Shown here piece by piece: positions 54,045 to 63,762 of a stretch of DNA of 64,000 nucleotides (the stretch's first letter is position 1; each line of letters starts with the position of its first letter). The position numbers and the translations under genes are program-made. The notes beneath the pieces were generated by a model, which worked only from the letters and a program-made list of their open reading frames with translations, had not been told where the DNA came from and made no database searches. This stretch comes from a candidate division FCPU426 bacterium. Its GTDB lineage: Bacteria; Oederibacteriota; Muellerivitia; Muellerivitales; Muellerivitaceae. The stretch covers positions 32,001 through 96,000 of the forward strand of contig CAWKAR010000019.1 in the NCBI GenBank assembly GCA_963847625.1, written 5' to 3'.

Positions 54045-55121
54045 TTAGTTCCAGGTCACATCCAGGGTGGCGGTTCCCTTCACGGCAAGCCGCATGACGA
54101 TACCCTCGTTGTCGGCGTATCCGCCCAATACCTCGAAAGATTTCACCTGCGTGTTGAGGCGGGTATAACGGCTCAAGGGCCGGTTTAAAGCCTTGTCCAT
54201 GATTTCCTTATATTCATCCAGTTTAAAACCGATAGGAAGTTTAGCGATCCGGCGCAACACATTTTTAAAATCCGATTTGTGTATCCAATCGGCGATTTGA
54301 AGCAATAAGTCGTTGGATTTGATGTCATAGTCCAGGTCCGGAAAATCAAATACCCGGTGTTTTGGATGGTACCGGGGGGTTCCCCGCAGGTAAACCGTCA
54401 GTTTAGCCGGCTTGCCCGCGAAATTGATGATTGGATTGTAGTGCAATTTCGCTTCGGCGATCACCTTGCCGCCCGACCCGTAAAACCGGATCCCATCGAG
54501 GGTCAGCTTTCGCCCTCCCGTGCCGGGCAAGACCATGCCGACCAGCTTCTGCCGGGGGTCCTGGAAAAATTGGTTAACTTCCTTATAACTCACGCGGGTA
54601 TTGCTCATCGCCCGAAAGATCCCGGGCCCCGCCTCAAAGGTCTGAAGCGGGGGCATTTTCACGGGTGTGGCCGGTGGTTTGGGCCCGAAGACAATCTCCG
54701 GTTCGGCGGTCATTTCCAAAACCGTGTGGATGGTCGACGCCCGTTTGCGGTTGTTCCGCATTCTCCCGATGCTTAAGGTCTGGGGCCGGATCAAGAGCCA
54801 AATGCCCTTATCCAGGTAGATCGGATCCTGCATCTTCGCCCAAAGATCCGCGATATGGGATTTCATATGAAGCCCTGGCATCCCGAGCAGGTACGGGACC
54901 AGTTGCTTAAGTTCGCCCTTGAAAAAGTTGGAGATATGCCGGACGACACCCCCCCCGCCAGGAAAGACGATCTCCACCGGCAGGCGCACCAGGGCGGGTT
55001 TTACCGGGGGAAAGCTCCTGGCTGGCGACGGCAGCACTTTTACATAATGCGAAGGAACGGTGCCGCATCCCGCCGCGAGGAATAGAAGGGCCAAAAGGAA
55101 AGCCAGCCGGCCTGATCTCAT
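54045..55121 (-). CDS. Lipoprotein, DUF4403-like
   Basis: Lipobox LAAGC; VYLRGTPRY and DLDYDIKS motifs; start uncertain. Confidence 0.65.
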   Translation of the reverse strand: MRSGRLAFLLALLFLAAGCGTVPSHYVKVLPSPARSFPPVKPALVRLPVEIVFPGGGGVVRHISNFFKGELKQLVPYLLGMPGLHMKSHIADLWAKMQDPIYLDKGIWLLIRPQTLSIGRMRNNRKRASTIHTVLEMTAEPEIVFGPKPPATPVKMPPLQTFEAGPGIFRAMSNTRVSYKEVNQFFQDPRQKLVGMVLPGTGGRKLTLDGIRFYGSGGKVIAEAKLHYNPIINFAGKPAKLTVYLRGTPRYHPKHRVFDFPDLDYDIKSNDLLLQIADWIHKSDFKNVLRRIAKLPIGFKLDEYKEIMDKALNRPLSRYTRLNTQVKSFEVLGGYADNEGIVMRLAVKGTATLDVTWN

Positions 55122-55393
55122 GTGGGGGAGAAAATTCAAGAAGGACTTCCCGGTCGGAGTTCCTCTTCCAAGGCTTTTTTTAGGTAACCGGTGCCTAACG
55201 CGAGCACCACCCAAAACGATAACCTGATTTTGCGAATAAAAGACTTCATCCGTTCCTTCCCGGAAAGGTTATAAGCTGCGCCCCATTCGTGGCAGGGATA
55301 GTTTAACTGAGTAAGGCATGACTGGCAAAGTGGGATTCAGCCGTGATAAACATCAAAAGATGGAAGAAATGGGGGAGAAAAGGAGTGCATGAA

Positions 55394-55434
55394 CATGAAA
55401 TAGTAGTAGGTAAGCAACCCGGTCTTCAATCAAT
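55394..55434 (-). promoter_or_regulatory. Duplicated 41-bp promoter-like element, copy 2
   Basis: Matches 53201-53241 at 37/41 positions. Confidence 0.6.
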
Positions 55435-55665
55435 CAAACCTATATTGAAGTGTTTAAATCAGGCCCTATTTCCCGAAGTAAGACATAATTTATGCCTTAC
55501 CTAAAAGGCGATTTTCATGCAAAATTTCCAGTCGATTTCAACCGTTGATTTTATACTTAATGGAAAACTGGGTTTGTCGAAATAAATAAATTTTTCAAAT
55601 AATACTAACTGATTGTTGAAAAAAATCATTTAATGCTTTTTAGTATCCCGAATGGAAAATACAGA

Positions 55666-56717
55666 CCCCAGTTCAATAACGAAGTGCAACACTTAGACCC
55701 GGCAGAACCCGGGGGTTATCCTAAGTGCTATGAAATCATCCTACAAGCATCTGTCGTTAGCCGAACGTGAAGAAATTTCAGTTTGGAATGCTGAAGGCCT
55801 CTCCCTTCGGGAAATCGCACGCCGTCTGGGCCGTGATGTATCCAGCATTTCCCGAGAACTGAAGCGCAACGCCCCTCCTATACGATCTCGCCGCTACCTG
55901 CCCGCCAGAGCTCACATGCGTGCAGAACACCGAAACCGTCTTTCACGTACTCATTTAAGGCTTAAAAATCCTGAGATTCGCCGTTTAGTACTGCGAGAAA
56001 TACCTCGTGGACTCTCGCCCGAGCAAATTGCCGGTTTTCTTCGCCGGGAGAAACCAAAACTTTCCGTTTCCCATGAAGCCATCTATCAATTCATCTACTG
56101 CGAAGCTCGAAACCTCATTCCTCATCTAGCCCGGGCCCATCGAAAACGTTTGCGACGTTGGCACACTCAAAAACATCGCAAAAGCCATATTCCTCAACGT
56201 ACTCCCATTACCCAACGACCAGCTATCGTTGAAACAAGACAGCAATTCGGGCACTGGGAGGCCGACACCATCATCTCCCGGAAAAGCAAACCCTCACTTC
56301 TGGTTATGGTCGAGCGCAAAAGTCGTCTGGTGAAACTGGCTTGGCTACCTCAAAAATCAGCTTTCCACACTAGAGCCGCAATCAACCGTCGGTTGGTTCG
56401 GATTTCAAAAGGCCTCCGCCGTACCATCACATACGACAATGGCTCCGAAAACGTCGAACATCTCCAGGTGAATCGTGTTTCAGGCACTCGTTCATTCTTT
56501 TGTTTGCCCTTCCACAGTTGGGAGAAAGGTTGTGTTGAAAATACTGCAGGTCTTGTTCGTCGCTTCTATCCCAAGAAAACGGATTTTGCTACTATAACCC
56601 CAGCGAATGTACGACGCGTGGAACGGATCCTAAACCATCGTCCTCGCAAGTGCCTTCGTTTCAAAACGCCGGAGCAGGTCTTTAGTCAAGGTGTTGCACT
56701 TACTGGTTGAATTCAGC
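55666..56717 (+). mobile_element. IS30-family element, second type (1052 bp)
   Basis: IRL CCCCAGTTCAATAACGAAGTGCAACACTT and IRR AGGTGTTGCACTTACTGGTTGAATTCAGC; target duplication AGA at 55663-55665 and 56718-56720. Confidence 0.93.
55730..56710 (+). CDS. IS30-family DDE transposase
   Basis: GHWEADT, TYDNGSE, WEKGCVEN and LNHRPRKCLRFKTP motifs. Confidence 0.96.
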   Translation: MKSSYKHLSLAEREEISVWNAEGLSLREIARRLGRDVSSISRELKRNAPPIRSRRYLPARAHMRAEHRNRLSRTHLRLKNPEIRRLVLREIPRGLSPEQIAGFLRREKPKLSVSHEAIYQFIYCEARNLIPHLARAHRKRLRRWHTQKHRKSHIPQRTPITQRPAIVETRQQFGHWEADTIISRKSKPSLLVMVERKSRLVKLAWLPQKSAFHTRAAINRRLVRISKGLRRTITYDNGSENVEHLQVNRVSGTRSFFCLPFHSWEKGCVENTAGLVRRFYPKKTDFATITPANVRRVERILNHRPRKCLRFKTPEQVFSQGVALTG

Positions 56718-56954
56718 AGATCATCAAATTATTCTTATGTTCGGTAAGAATGTCCGCAAGATCCGCAAAACACATGGGTGGACCCAGCAAACATTGGGCG
56801 ACCGTGTTGGCTTGCAGGCCAGCTACATCGGTTTCGTGGAACGGGGCGAGAGAAGCATCACGGTTAAAAATGTCGTTAAGATCCGCCATGCTTTGGGTTG
56901 CTCTATCAACAAACTCTTCGAGGGAATTTAAAAAGATGAGGCCCCGGGCCATAT

Positions 56955-57197
56955 TTATGGGGTTCCATTAGATCCCCCCGCGGGCGGAAGATTTTTCAAG
57001 TTCATTCCATCAAAATTATAATCCACCGAAACCCACTTGCACTTTAACCCTTGTTTATCGCAACTATTGGCTTCGCTGCACCTTCTCCTTCCGCCACTGA
57101 TTACAACCCGGTCCCCGCGGTTTACCCGGTTTATCTCATGGATCAGATAGACGTCCTTTTGAAGGATATAGCACCGTTTTAATTCTTTTCTTTCCAT
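56955..57197 (-). CDS. Small Cys-containing hypothetical protein
   Basis: 80-aa ATG ORF with GGTGAG upstream and four Cys; no family recognised. Confidence 0.5.
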   Translation of the reverse strand: MERKELKRCYILQKDVYLIHEINRVNRGDRVVISGGRRRCSEANSCDKQGLKCKWVSVDYNFDGMNLKNLPPAGGSNGTP

Positions 57198-57547
57198 GGC
57201 TCACCACCCTGCGACAAAGCACCCACATAAATCATATCGCTTTAAAAAACTTTTGGTCAAAACAGGCGGATGGGGGTTTCACGAGTCACCTATGCTTTTG
57301 CGCCCGCGGCCCATTCAATTTTAAGATTCACTGATCAAAAAATCTTTCAGGGAACGGATGGAGGTATCCCGTTAGAAAAATCCGTGGAATCATTACTCCG
57401 AATTTTTCACTCGTAACTTTTTTCTTTTAGATTGCACCGGCGGGAGAATCGCTGCTTGAATATGAAAAGGTGGAAGACAGCTAACCTGGTCTTCGGTCAA
57501 ATAATTTTAAAATGAAATATGTAGGCCAGCATCATTTTTTGAAAATC

Positions 57548-58333
57548 CTATTTAAATCTTTTACGGGGATTTTGGGACATCACATCCTGGAGGAATCCCG
57601 TGACGGCCATGGTGGTGCCATAGGTCAACACATGGCCGATCTGGAATTCCCTTAAAACCGGATGGTACCCCGCCCGCTTTAACGCCCTCAACGTTCCCTC
57701 GGTGTCTTCATTCTGGACGATGGGGTCCCAGGTTCCATGCACGAGCAAAATGGGCGTATTAAGGGGTGCCGAGGGATGCGCCAGCGTCTTTTCCGGATTC
57801 GCGATATAGCCGCTCAACGAAACAACCGCCTTGATGTTCCCCTTGTAATTCAGCCCGGCCTCCAATGCCATGACGGCGCCTTGGGAAACACCCATGATGA
57901 TTACCGGCCTCGGCTTGGGCGGTTCCGCGCGGCCGGAGGAGTTCGAAGGATCGTGGGAAAAATGGTTCATGACATCAAAAAGATAATCCCGGCTGTATTC
58001 CACATCCTTGCGGCTGTGGGTAAACCGGCCGTACCAGAAATGGGCGCCCCCAAAACGGCCCAAAGGGAGGGGGCCATCCGGCAGGACGATCCGGCAGGGG
58101 GGGATGTAGAGTTGGTCAGCGAGGGCGATCATCGCGTCAGCACTGCTTTTGGATCCGTGCAGGATCACCACCACCGGCGCGCCGGGGGGGAGGTCCGCGG
58201 GTTCTGAAACCAGACAGCGGTGGCTTTGGACGTAAACTTCGGAAAAGGAGGTTTCCCCCAGGGCGGGCGCGGCGATGAATAGAATCCCCGCCCAAACCAG
58301 CGCACCGTCAACCCGGAACAATCGTTTCAACAT
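57548..58333 (-). CDS. Exported alpha/beta hydrolase (phospholipase/carboxylesterase)
   Basis: LHG, GVSQG nucleophile, HGTWDP and GH motifs. Confidence 0.88.
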   Translation of the reverse strand: MLKRLFRVDGALVWAGILFIAAPALGETSFSEVYVQSHRCLVSEPADLPPGAPVVVILHGSKSSADAMIALADQLYIPPCRIVLPDGPLPLGRFGGAHFWYGRFTHSRKDVEYSRDYLFDVMNHFSHDPSNSSGRAEPPKPRPVIIMGVSQGAVMALEAGLNYKGNIKAVVSLSGYIANPEKTLAHPSAPLNTPILLVHGTWDPIVQNEDTEGTLRALKRAGYHPVLREFQIGHVLTYGTTMAVTGFLQDVMSQNPRKRFK

Positions 58334-58426
58334 TTTTTCCCCAACCTCCCGTTTAACAAATAAATCCAACCCATCTTCAGCCATTGCCGGTCAAAGCCGG
58401 GAAACCCCCGCGAATCAGGCAGCGTC

Positions 58427-60130
58427 TCATATTTTAAGGTCGAAGTATTTCGAAAATTGGAAATAAGCCTGCCCGAACGGAAAATCGCGGTCATTGAACA
58501 AATGGTCCAAGGTCGGTTGGGCGGCCAAGGATCCAGCGGTCCTGATTTTATCGTAATGGTCCAGGCCGATCGCCAGGGCCCACCCGGAATCAAAGGCGTA
58601 CTCCACCCCCCCGCCCCAGTGGTATCCCAAAACCGTGGCATTGGAACTGGAACTCCCCGCGCTGTAAAAGTCCAGGCCCGTATTGAGGAAGGGCCGGAAA
58701 TTGTCAACCCAGGGGTTCCACCGGACATCCAGTTGGGTGGGAAAAATATTGTCGAAGAATCCCGTGGAAATTTGGAAACATTGGTAGTACGGCCAGGACA
58801 CCAGCCAGCTGGCCCTGAACCCGTTCGAGAAGGAATCGGAGGCGTACCCGAACTGGCTGGAGATGCCGAAGGCCGCCACTCCGCTGAAATCAGTGATTTT
58901 CTCGATCGTATGGACCCCGTCGAACAGGTCATAAAAATGATTTTCCCCCCGTGGACCGCCCCGGTCCGTCAGCAGCCGCCGCGAAGGCCCCAACCCCTGG
59001 TTCAGGAACAGGTACAGGTCGTCGATGACGCCGTCATGCTCGTATAACGCGTGCCCCAATCCCCAATCGACGGCGATGCCGGTGGCGTCCAGGGTGACCG
59101 CCCCCTTCAAACCGCGAAGGGCTTCCCCGCCCTGGCCGACCCGGCGGGCGCGGCAGTCCGAACGGTTCACGAAATCGGAGGCGCGCAGGACGCTGTCGTT
59201 CGACGATACGTATAAAACCAGCTTTTTTTGGAAAGGCCCGAACTTGCTGAAAAAACCGTCCGGTCCCGTGAACTCGTCGGTGCAAATATCCGCCGAGATG
59301 AAAACGACATGCTTGATTTTCCGCGCGAAAAGCTTCACTCGTTTCTTATCAGATGCCATCCTCGCGAGGGCCTCGGACAAAAGATAAGTCCCCATGCTAT
59401 GGGCCACCAGGGTGATTTGCCCGTCCCGGGTTTGCCGCCGGGCGGCGACCTTCGTGAGAAAATCAACCAGGTCGTTGATGGTTGCGGCCTTTTCAACTTT
59501 CTTCTGGTCGTTTTCGTAATCAGAAATCCAAACTTCCCCGTCGGAGGGCCAGCTGTAACAAAGCGGCTCCCCGGGAAGCTGGAGGTCGTAGGCCATTTGG
59601 GCGGTAGCGACCGCCGCGGATTTGAACGTGCAGTTGTAACCGTGGATAAAAACAATCGTGCCGGTGGACTCATTTTTCCGGTTGTAATGTTTCCCGCTGT
59701 TGGAAAGGTCACCGCCGAGCCGGCTGTTGAACGCGTCTTCCGTCATCTCATTGGCGGTCAATGTTGGTTGGTGCAGGTTCAAGGCCGGGGTGTATTGAAG
59801 CCATTCCGAGAAGGGGTTCTTGGCCCGGCGGTAGTTCACTTTGAGTGTCACGAGAGCTTCCCCGTAATGCGGGCATTTCAGGTCCCGCTTGGATCCGTAG
59901 CCAACCCCGGTTTTTACCCGGTCCGTGCCGTAAAACACTTTCACCACAGGGTCATAAGCGGCGTTCAATTGGATGGCCGTGGGATCGGGAACCGCCGGCT
60001 CTGGCTTCGCGCCAGCCAGGCCCGGGGCACACAATACCAGGCCCAGGATGAAATGGAACCAGCTCGGGGCGGGGAAATCTTTCACCGGAAAAGACCTTGG
60101 ATACGGTTTTTGGGTAACCCTATTTTTCAT
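58427..60130 (-). CDS. DUF900-type alpha/beta hydrolase fused to a C-terminal outer-membrane beta-barrel-like domain
   Basis: VFYGTDR, FIHGYN, YSWPS and AHSMG motifs; C-terminal RPFLNTGLDFY, GGGVEYAF and FQFSKYF strands. Confidence 0.8.
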   Translation of the reverse strand: MKNRVTQKPYPRSFPVKDFPAPSWFHFILGLVLCAPGLAGAKPEPAVPDPTAIQLNAAYDPVVKVFYGTDRVKTGVGYGSKRDLKCPHYGEALVTLKVNYRRAKNPFSEWLQYTPALNLHQPTLTANEMTEDAFNSRLGGDLSNSGKHYNRKNESTGTIVFIHGYNCTFKSAAVATAQMAYDLQLPGEPLCYSWPSDGEVWISDYENDQKKVEKAATINDLVDFLTKVAARRQTRDGQITLVAHSMGTYLLSEALARMASDKKRVKLFARKIKHVVFISADICTDEFTGPDGFFSKFGPFQKKLVLYVSSNDSVLRASDFVNRSDCRARRVGQGGEALRGLKGAVTLDATGIAVDWGLGHALYEHDGVIDDLYLFLNQGLGPSRRLLTDRGGPRGENHFYDLFDGVHTIEKITDFSGVAAFGISSQFGYASDSFSNGFRASWLVSWPYYQCFQISTGFFDNIFPTQLDVRWNPWVDNFRPFLNTGLDFYSAGSSSSNATVLGYHWGGGVEYAFDSGWALAIGLDHYDKIRTAGSLAAQPTLDHLFNDRDFPFGQAYFQFSKYFDLKI

Positions 60131-60250
60131 AGTTAAGTCCCATCATATCCCCTAAATCACATTCCAGTGCCTCTTCAGCGCATTTTTTTATCCGCGATAC
60201 GCGCACTCTAACCGATCGGGATCGGGAGGATGACAAACCCTTACGAGTTT

Positions 60251-61738
60251 TCAATATAGCCCGTTGAGGATGTACTGCTCGAAAAAATCCTTGTTGATGA
60301 ACGCCGCGGTACTGTCCAGGAAATTGTCCCCCGTGACCGCCGCCACCAGGTCGAGTTCCGGGACGACGAGGATGCACTGCCCCCCCGCCCCCAGTGCGGC
60401 GATGAGTTTCAAGTTCTTGCCATGGAGGGAAACCCGGCCCAGCCACCAAAGGTACCCATATTGCCAGTTCCCCATAATGTTCGCGCCTTCAACGTTCGCG
60501 CGGGCCGTCGTGGCCCGTTTCACCCATTCTTCCGAGAGAATCCGCTTCCCTTTCCACATCCCCTTCCCCGAAACCAGGCACCCCAGCCTGGCCATGTCCC
60601 GGGGCCGCATCCACAACCCCCCGGCGATGTCTGCCACGAACCCCGGCCCGGAATCCCACCGTTGGGGCGGAATCCCTAGAGGATCAAAAAGTTTTTCCCG
60701 GGCGAAAACCGGCACGCTGGCCCCGGTTTTCCTAGCCAGGACGGCCCCAAGGGGCACGAGGGCGGCGTTGCTGTAAGCGAAACTGCTTCCGGGTTCCCGG
60801 GCGAGGGAAAGCGAGAGGCTGAAATTCAGCCAGTCGCCGGAGTTGTAAAAATCCTCCGCGCAGGCCTTGGCGGGGTCGTTGTCGTCGCAATCAAGCCCCG
60901 AGGTCATGGACAGGATGGACCCCAATGTGATCTTGTCCTTGTCCTTCTGCCAGCCCTCCCGGACCCGGTATTCCGGGAAATAATCGTAGAGCTTTTCTTC
61001 CGGACGCAGGAGGCCCCCGTCCGAGGCGATTCCGAAGAGCAGGCTGAACACCGACTTGGTGGCCGAGATCAAACGGTGGGAATCCGCGGGGCCGTCCCCG
61101 GCAAAAGTCTCGTCGAGCACCAGTTTTCCATGGCGGGCTACCACCATCCCGCGAACCAGGGGGAAGGTTCCGTCGAGAATCCGGTTAATCCCGGTTTCCA
61201 GGATCTTCAAGTCTTTCCCGCCGAGGCGCAGGTCGTCTGTTTCCCAGCCGTCGCCAGCCGTTTGGGGAACTCGGTAGGAGTAAGCGAGGGGCTCCTTCTT
61301 TTTTTTCGAAAACCAGGTTATCCAGGGGTCCGTTTCCCGGCTCAAAACCCAGTCGCGGGCCTTTCCAGCCGTCTTGGTGGTGCCATCCAGGACGCGTCCG
61401 CCCCAATCCATCCGCAGATCCGCCGTCTCCCGGACCTTTTTATCACCGGTGAATTCGAAATGAAAAACGCCATCCTTGAACGAAACCCGCTCGAGCGGCT
61501 GGTCATAGACCCCGTCGTCGAGGCGGCTGAGGCCGCCCGCAATTCCCCCCTTGGCATCCCGGGAGACCTCCAGGGCGACACGGAGCTTTTGTTTTCCGTC
61601 GAAGATGCACCCGCGCCAATGGCCTTCCGGCCCCTTCCGGGCGCAGGTGATGGATAGAAAAGCGAAGAAGCAAAGGACGGCGGTCGACATGAGACGCCTG
61701 GGCATGGATGGCTTCCTCTCGGATAATTTCCTTCTCAA
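60251..61738 (-). CDS. Serine hydrolase, beta-lactamase class C/AmpC-like family, with extra N-terminal domain
   Basis: SATK (SxxK), YSN (YxN), YGYLWW and ALGAGGQ motifs. No evidence that it confers antibiotic resistance. Confidence 0.88.
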   Translation of the reverse strand: MRRKLSERKPSMPRRLMSTAVLCFFAFLSITCARKGPEGHWRGCIFDGKQKLRVALEVSRDAKGGIAGGLSRLDDGVYDQPLERVSFKDGVFHFEFTGDKKVRETADLRMDWGGRVLDGTTKTAGKARDWVLSRETDPWITWFSKKKKEPLAYSYRVPQTAGDGWETDDLRLGGKDLKILETGINRILDGTFPLVRGMVVARHGKLVLDETFAGDGPADSHRLISATKSVFSLLFGIASDGGLLRPEEKLYDYFPEYRVREGWQKDKDKITLGSILSMTSGLDCDDNDPAKACAEDFYNSGDWLNFSLSLSLAREPGSSFAYSNAALVPLGAVLARKTGASVPVFAREKLFDPLGIPPQRWDSGPGFVADIAGGLWMRPRDMARLGCLVSGKGMWKGKRILSEEWVKRATTARANVEGANIMGNWQYGYLWWLGRVSLHGKNLKLIAALGAGGQCILVVPELDLVAAVTGDNFLDSTAAFINKDFFEQYILNGLY

Positions 61739-61819
61739 TGATCGCCATTCTTCACGGGTTCACAACCAATCTTTTTGAACAAAACCGGTAAAAACGGAGG
61801 CCGAAAAGCCGCGCAGGCT

Positions 61820-62347
61820 TTAATGAATAATATAAATATTAGGGGTTTGGGAATAGGTGGCTGGTGCTCCGGGTATCACCGTCCCAACAGTCGTTGTCAG
61901 TAAAATCCCAGGAACCATCGGGTTGCCGTCAGACGCGCATTTCCAAACCTTGACGGCAACTTGGCGGGCCTGGGGGTTTCCGGCCGCCGGGCTGACTTGG
62001 ATCTGGCGCAAATACCGCCAATGGCCGTTCTCCTGCCGGTTGTCGCTCAAAGGGTCCCCTGGCAGGCTGACCTGCTTATCGGCCGTCAGGATCAGGTTGT
62101 ATTGTGAATTATCATTATAGCCGTTCAGGATCATCCCTCCGGTGTATGGGTTGCCATTGGCGTAGGCCTCTAGTTCGTTGAACATTTGCTGGGCCTTCAT
62201 CGCGGCGTAACTACGGTCTTGAAGGGCCACAATCTTTCTGGTCAAAACCATCAGGGATAGGACCATCGACTGTGAGATTAAACCCAGAATCAATATGGTC
62301 AGGCACATGTCCAACAAAGTGAGGCCCTTTTCATCAAGCCTTTTCAT
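61820..62347 (-). CDS. Type IV pilin/pseudopilin-like protein (PilV/GspI-like)
   Basis: Class III signal KG|LTLLD followed by a hydrophobic helix; RQVAVKVW strand. Confidence 0.65.
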   Translation of the reverse strand: MKRLDEKGLTLLDMCLTILILGLISQSMVLSLMVLTRKIVALQDRSYAAMKAQQMFNELEAYANGNPYTGGMILNGYNDNSQYNLILTADKQVSLPGDPLSDNRQENGHWRYLRQIQVSPAAGNPQARQVAVKVWKCASDGNPMVPGILLTTTVGTVIPGAPATYSQTPNIYIIH

Positions 62348-62707
62348 ATCCCACCTGGTTTCGATCGTTACGAAGAGTCAACCTACCCCACAACTGTCCA
62401 AAATAATACCTAGCCACGGATATGCCGATCATCCATAAAAACATAATGAGATCGGTATGATACCAGCCCCATTAAAAGATTTATTGAAGGCTGGCATACA
62501 TGGGATTCATGGGATTTGATAAACAAAAATATTTAAAGCCTTTTTTGGCCAATCCGAGTGCATGCCGAACCACATTAAAGCTTTCAATGAAAGTTCGGTA
62601 TAGTACCGATTTCCTTAACTGCTTTAGTAGTGAATCGGCACATCCCCTGAATCCGTGGCAAAAGACTTGGTTTTGCTTAACGCCTTTTAGAATTTAAAAT
62701 ACCTGAT

Positions 62708-63762
62708 CCCGAGTTCCATAAGTAAGTGCAACACTTAGTGTCTGAAGAAGGCCGCATGAATAGGATATGCGGCTATGAAAAAGAAATACAAGCATTTAAG
62801 CGTTGAAGAAAGAGATCATTTATCCGTCTTGAAAGGAAAGGGTCTTAGCCTTCGAGCAATTTCACGCGCCTTGAAGAGGTCTCCTTCCACCCTCTCCAGG
62901 GAACTCAAGCGCAATGCTCCCCCTATCCGTTCTGGTTATTATCTTTCTCATCGAGCCCATCAACGGTATGTTGACCGCAACCAACAACGAGCACGCCGTT
63001 TACGCCTGAAAACAAAACGAATTCGTGCCTACGTCCGTCGTCAATTGAAACGAGGCTGGTCTCCAGAACTCATTTCAGGTCGATTAGGTCACCTACGGCC
63101 TAAGCAAACCATTGGTCCTGAAGCTATCTATCAGTGGGTTTATGCTGAAGCCACTGAGCTGATTCCTTGCCTAGTTCGACACCACCGGCGACGATTCTCA
63201 TTTGGCCATAGCCGTAAGCACGCCAAAAACCATATCCCAGGCCGTGTTTCCATCGATAAGCGCTCCGAGATCGCCAATCAACGCAAGCAATTCGGCCATT
63301 GGGAAACCGACACCATGGTCTCTCGTCAGAGTAAAGTGGCTATGCGGGCTCTCGTCGAGCGTCAAAGCCGTTTTTCCAAGTTGGGAAAGCTCAAACGAAA
63401 GACCGCTCGCCAAATGAGTCATAGCCTCAACCGCGCTTTATGCCGCTTCCCTCAAGACGCCCGCCTGAGTCTGACCTATGACAACGGAACCGAAAACACC
63501 AACCACTTGGAAACCAACCACGTGCTTGGTACAAAATCCTTTTTCTGCGCCCCTTTCCACAGTTGGGAAAAAGGTACGGTGGAAAATACTATCGGTCTTG
63601 TCCGCCGCCATTTGCCTAAAAAGACTGATCTTGCTAAAGTGTCCTTCAAAGAATTCAGGACCATAGAAAGATGGCTCAATAACAGGCCCAGGAAATGTTT
63701 GGGCTTTAAAACTCCGGCGGAAGTCTTCCGGCGAAGTGTTGCACTTACTCCGTGAATTCGGC
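62708..63762 (+). mobile_element. IS30-family element, copy 2 (1055 bp)
   Basis: Same ends as 23926-24980; target duplication GAT at 62705-62707 and 63763-63765. Confidence 0.95.
62775..63755 (+). CDS. IS30-family DDE transposase, identical protein to 23993..24973
   Basis: Identical translation; one synonymous GTT/GTG difference seen. Confidence 0.96.
   Translation: MKKKYKHLSVEERDHLSVLKGKGLSLRAISRALKRSPSTLSRELKRNAPPIRSGYYLSHRAHQRYVDRNQQRARRLRLKTKRIRAYVRRQLKRGWSPELISGRLGHLRPKQTIGPEAIYQWVYAEATELIPCLVRHHRRRFSFGHSRKHAKNHIPGRVSIDKRSEIANQRKQFGHWETDTMVSRQSKVAMRALVERQSRFSKLGKLKRKTARQMSHSLNRALCRFPQDARLSLTYDNGTENTNHLETNHVLGTKSFFCAPFHSWEKGTVENTIGLVRRHLPKKTDLAKVSFKEFRTIERWLNNRPRKCLGFKTPAEVFRRSVALTP

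Larger units (their letters stand above)
55652..56931 (+). pseudogene. XRE-family HTH regulator interrupted by IS30 in codon 5; 3' part may be expressed from TTG 56707
   Basis: Removing the IS and one AGA restores ATG GAA AAT ACA GAT CAT = MENTDHQIILMFGKNVRKIRK...YIGFVERGERS. Confidence 0.8.

Noticed and set aside
55478..55500. dif site (CATAA...TTATG)
   Set aside because: The spacer is 1 bp rather than 6 bp and the arms do not match XerC/XerD consensus.
60251..61738. Clinically relevant beta-lactamase
   Set aside because: The motifs fit the broad serine hydrolase/esterase family. The class C KTG triad is absent (ALG at that position).
55666..63762. Composite transposon carrying the hydrolase cluster
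   Set aside because: The flanking IS elements are different types and each has its own target duplication, so they inserted independently.
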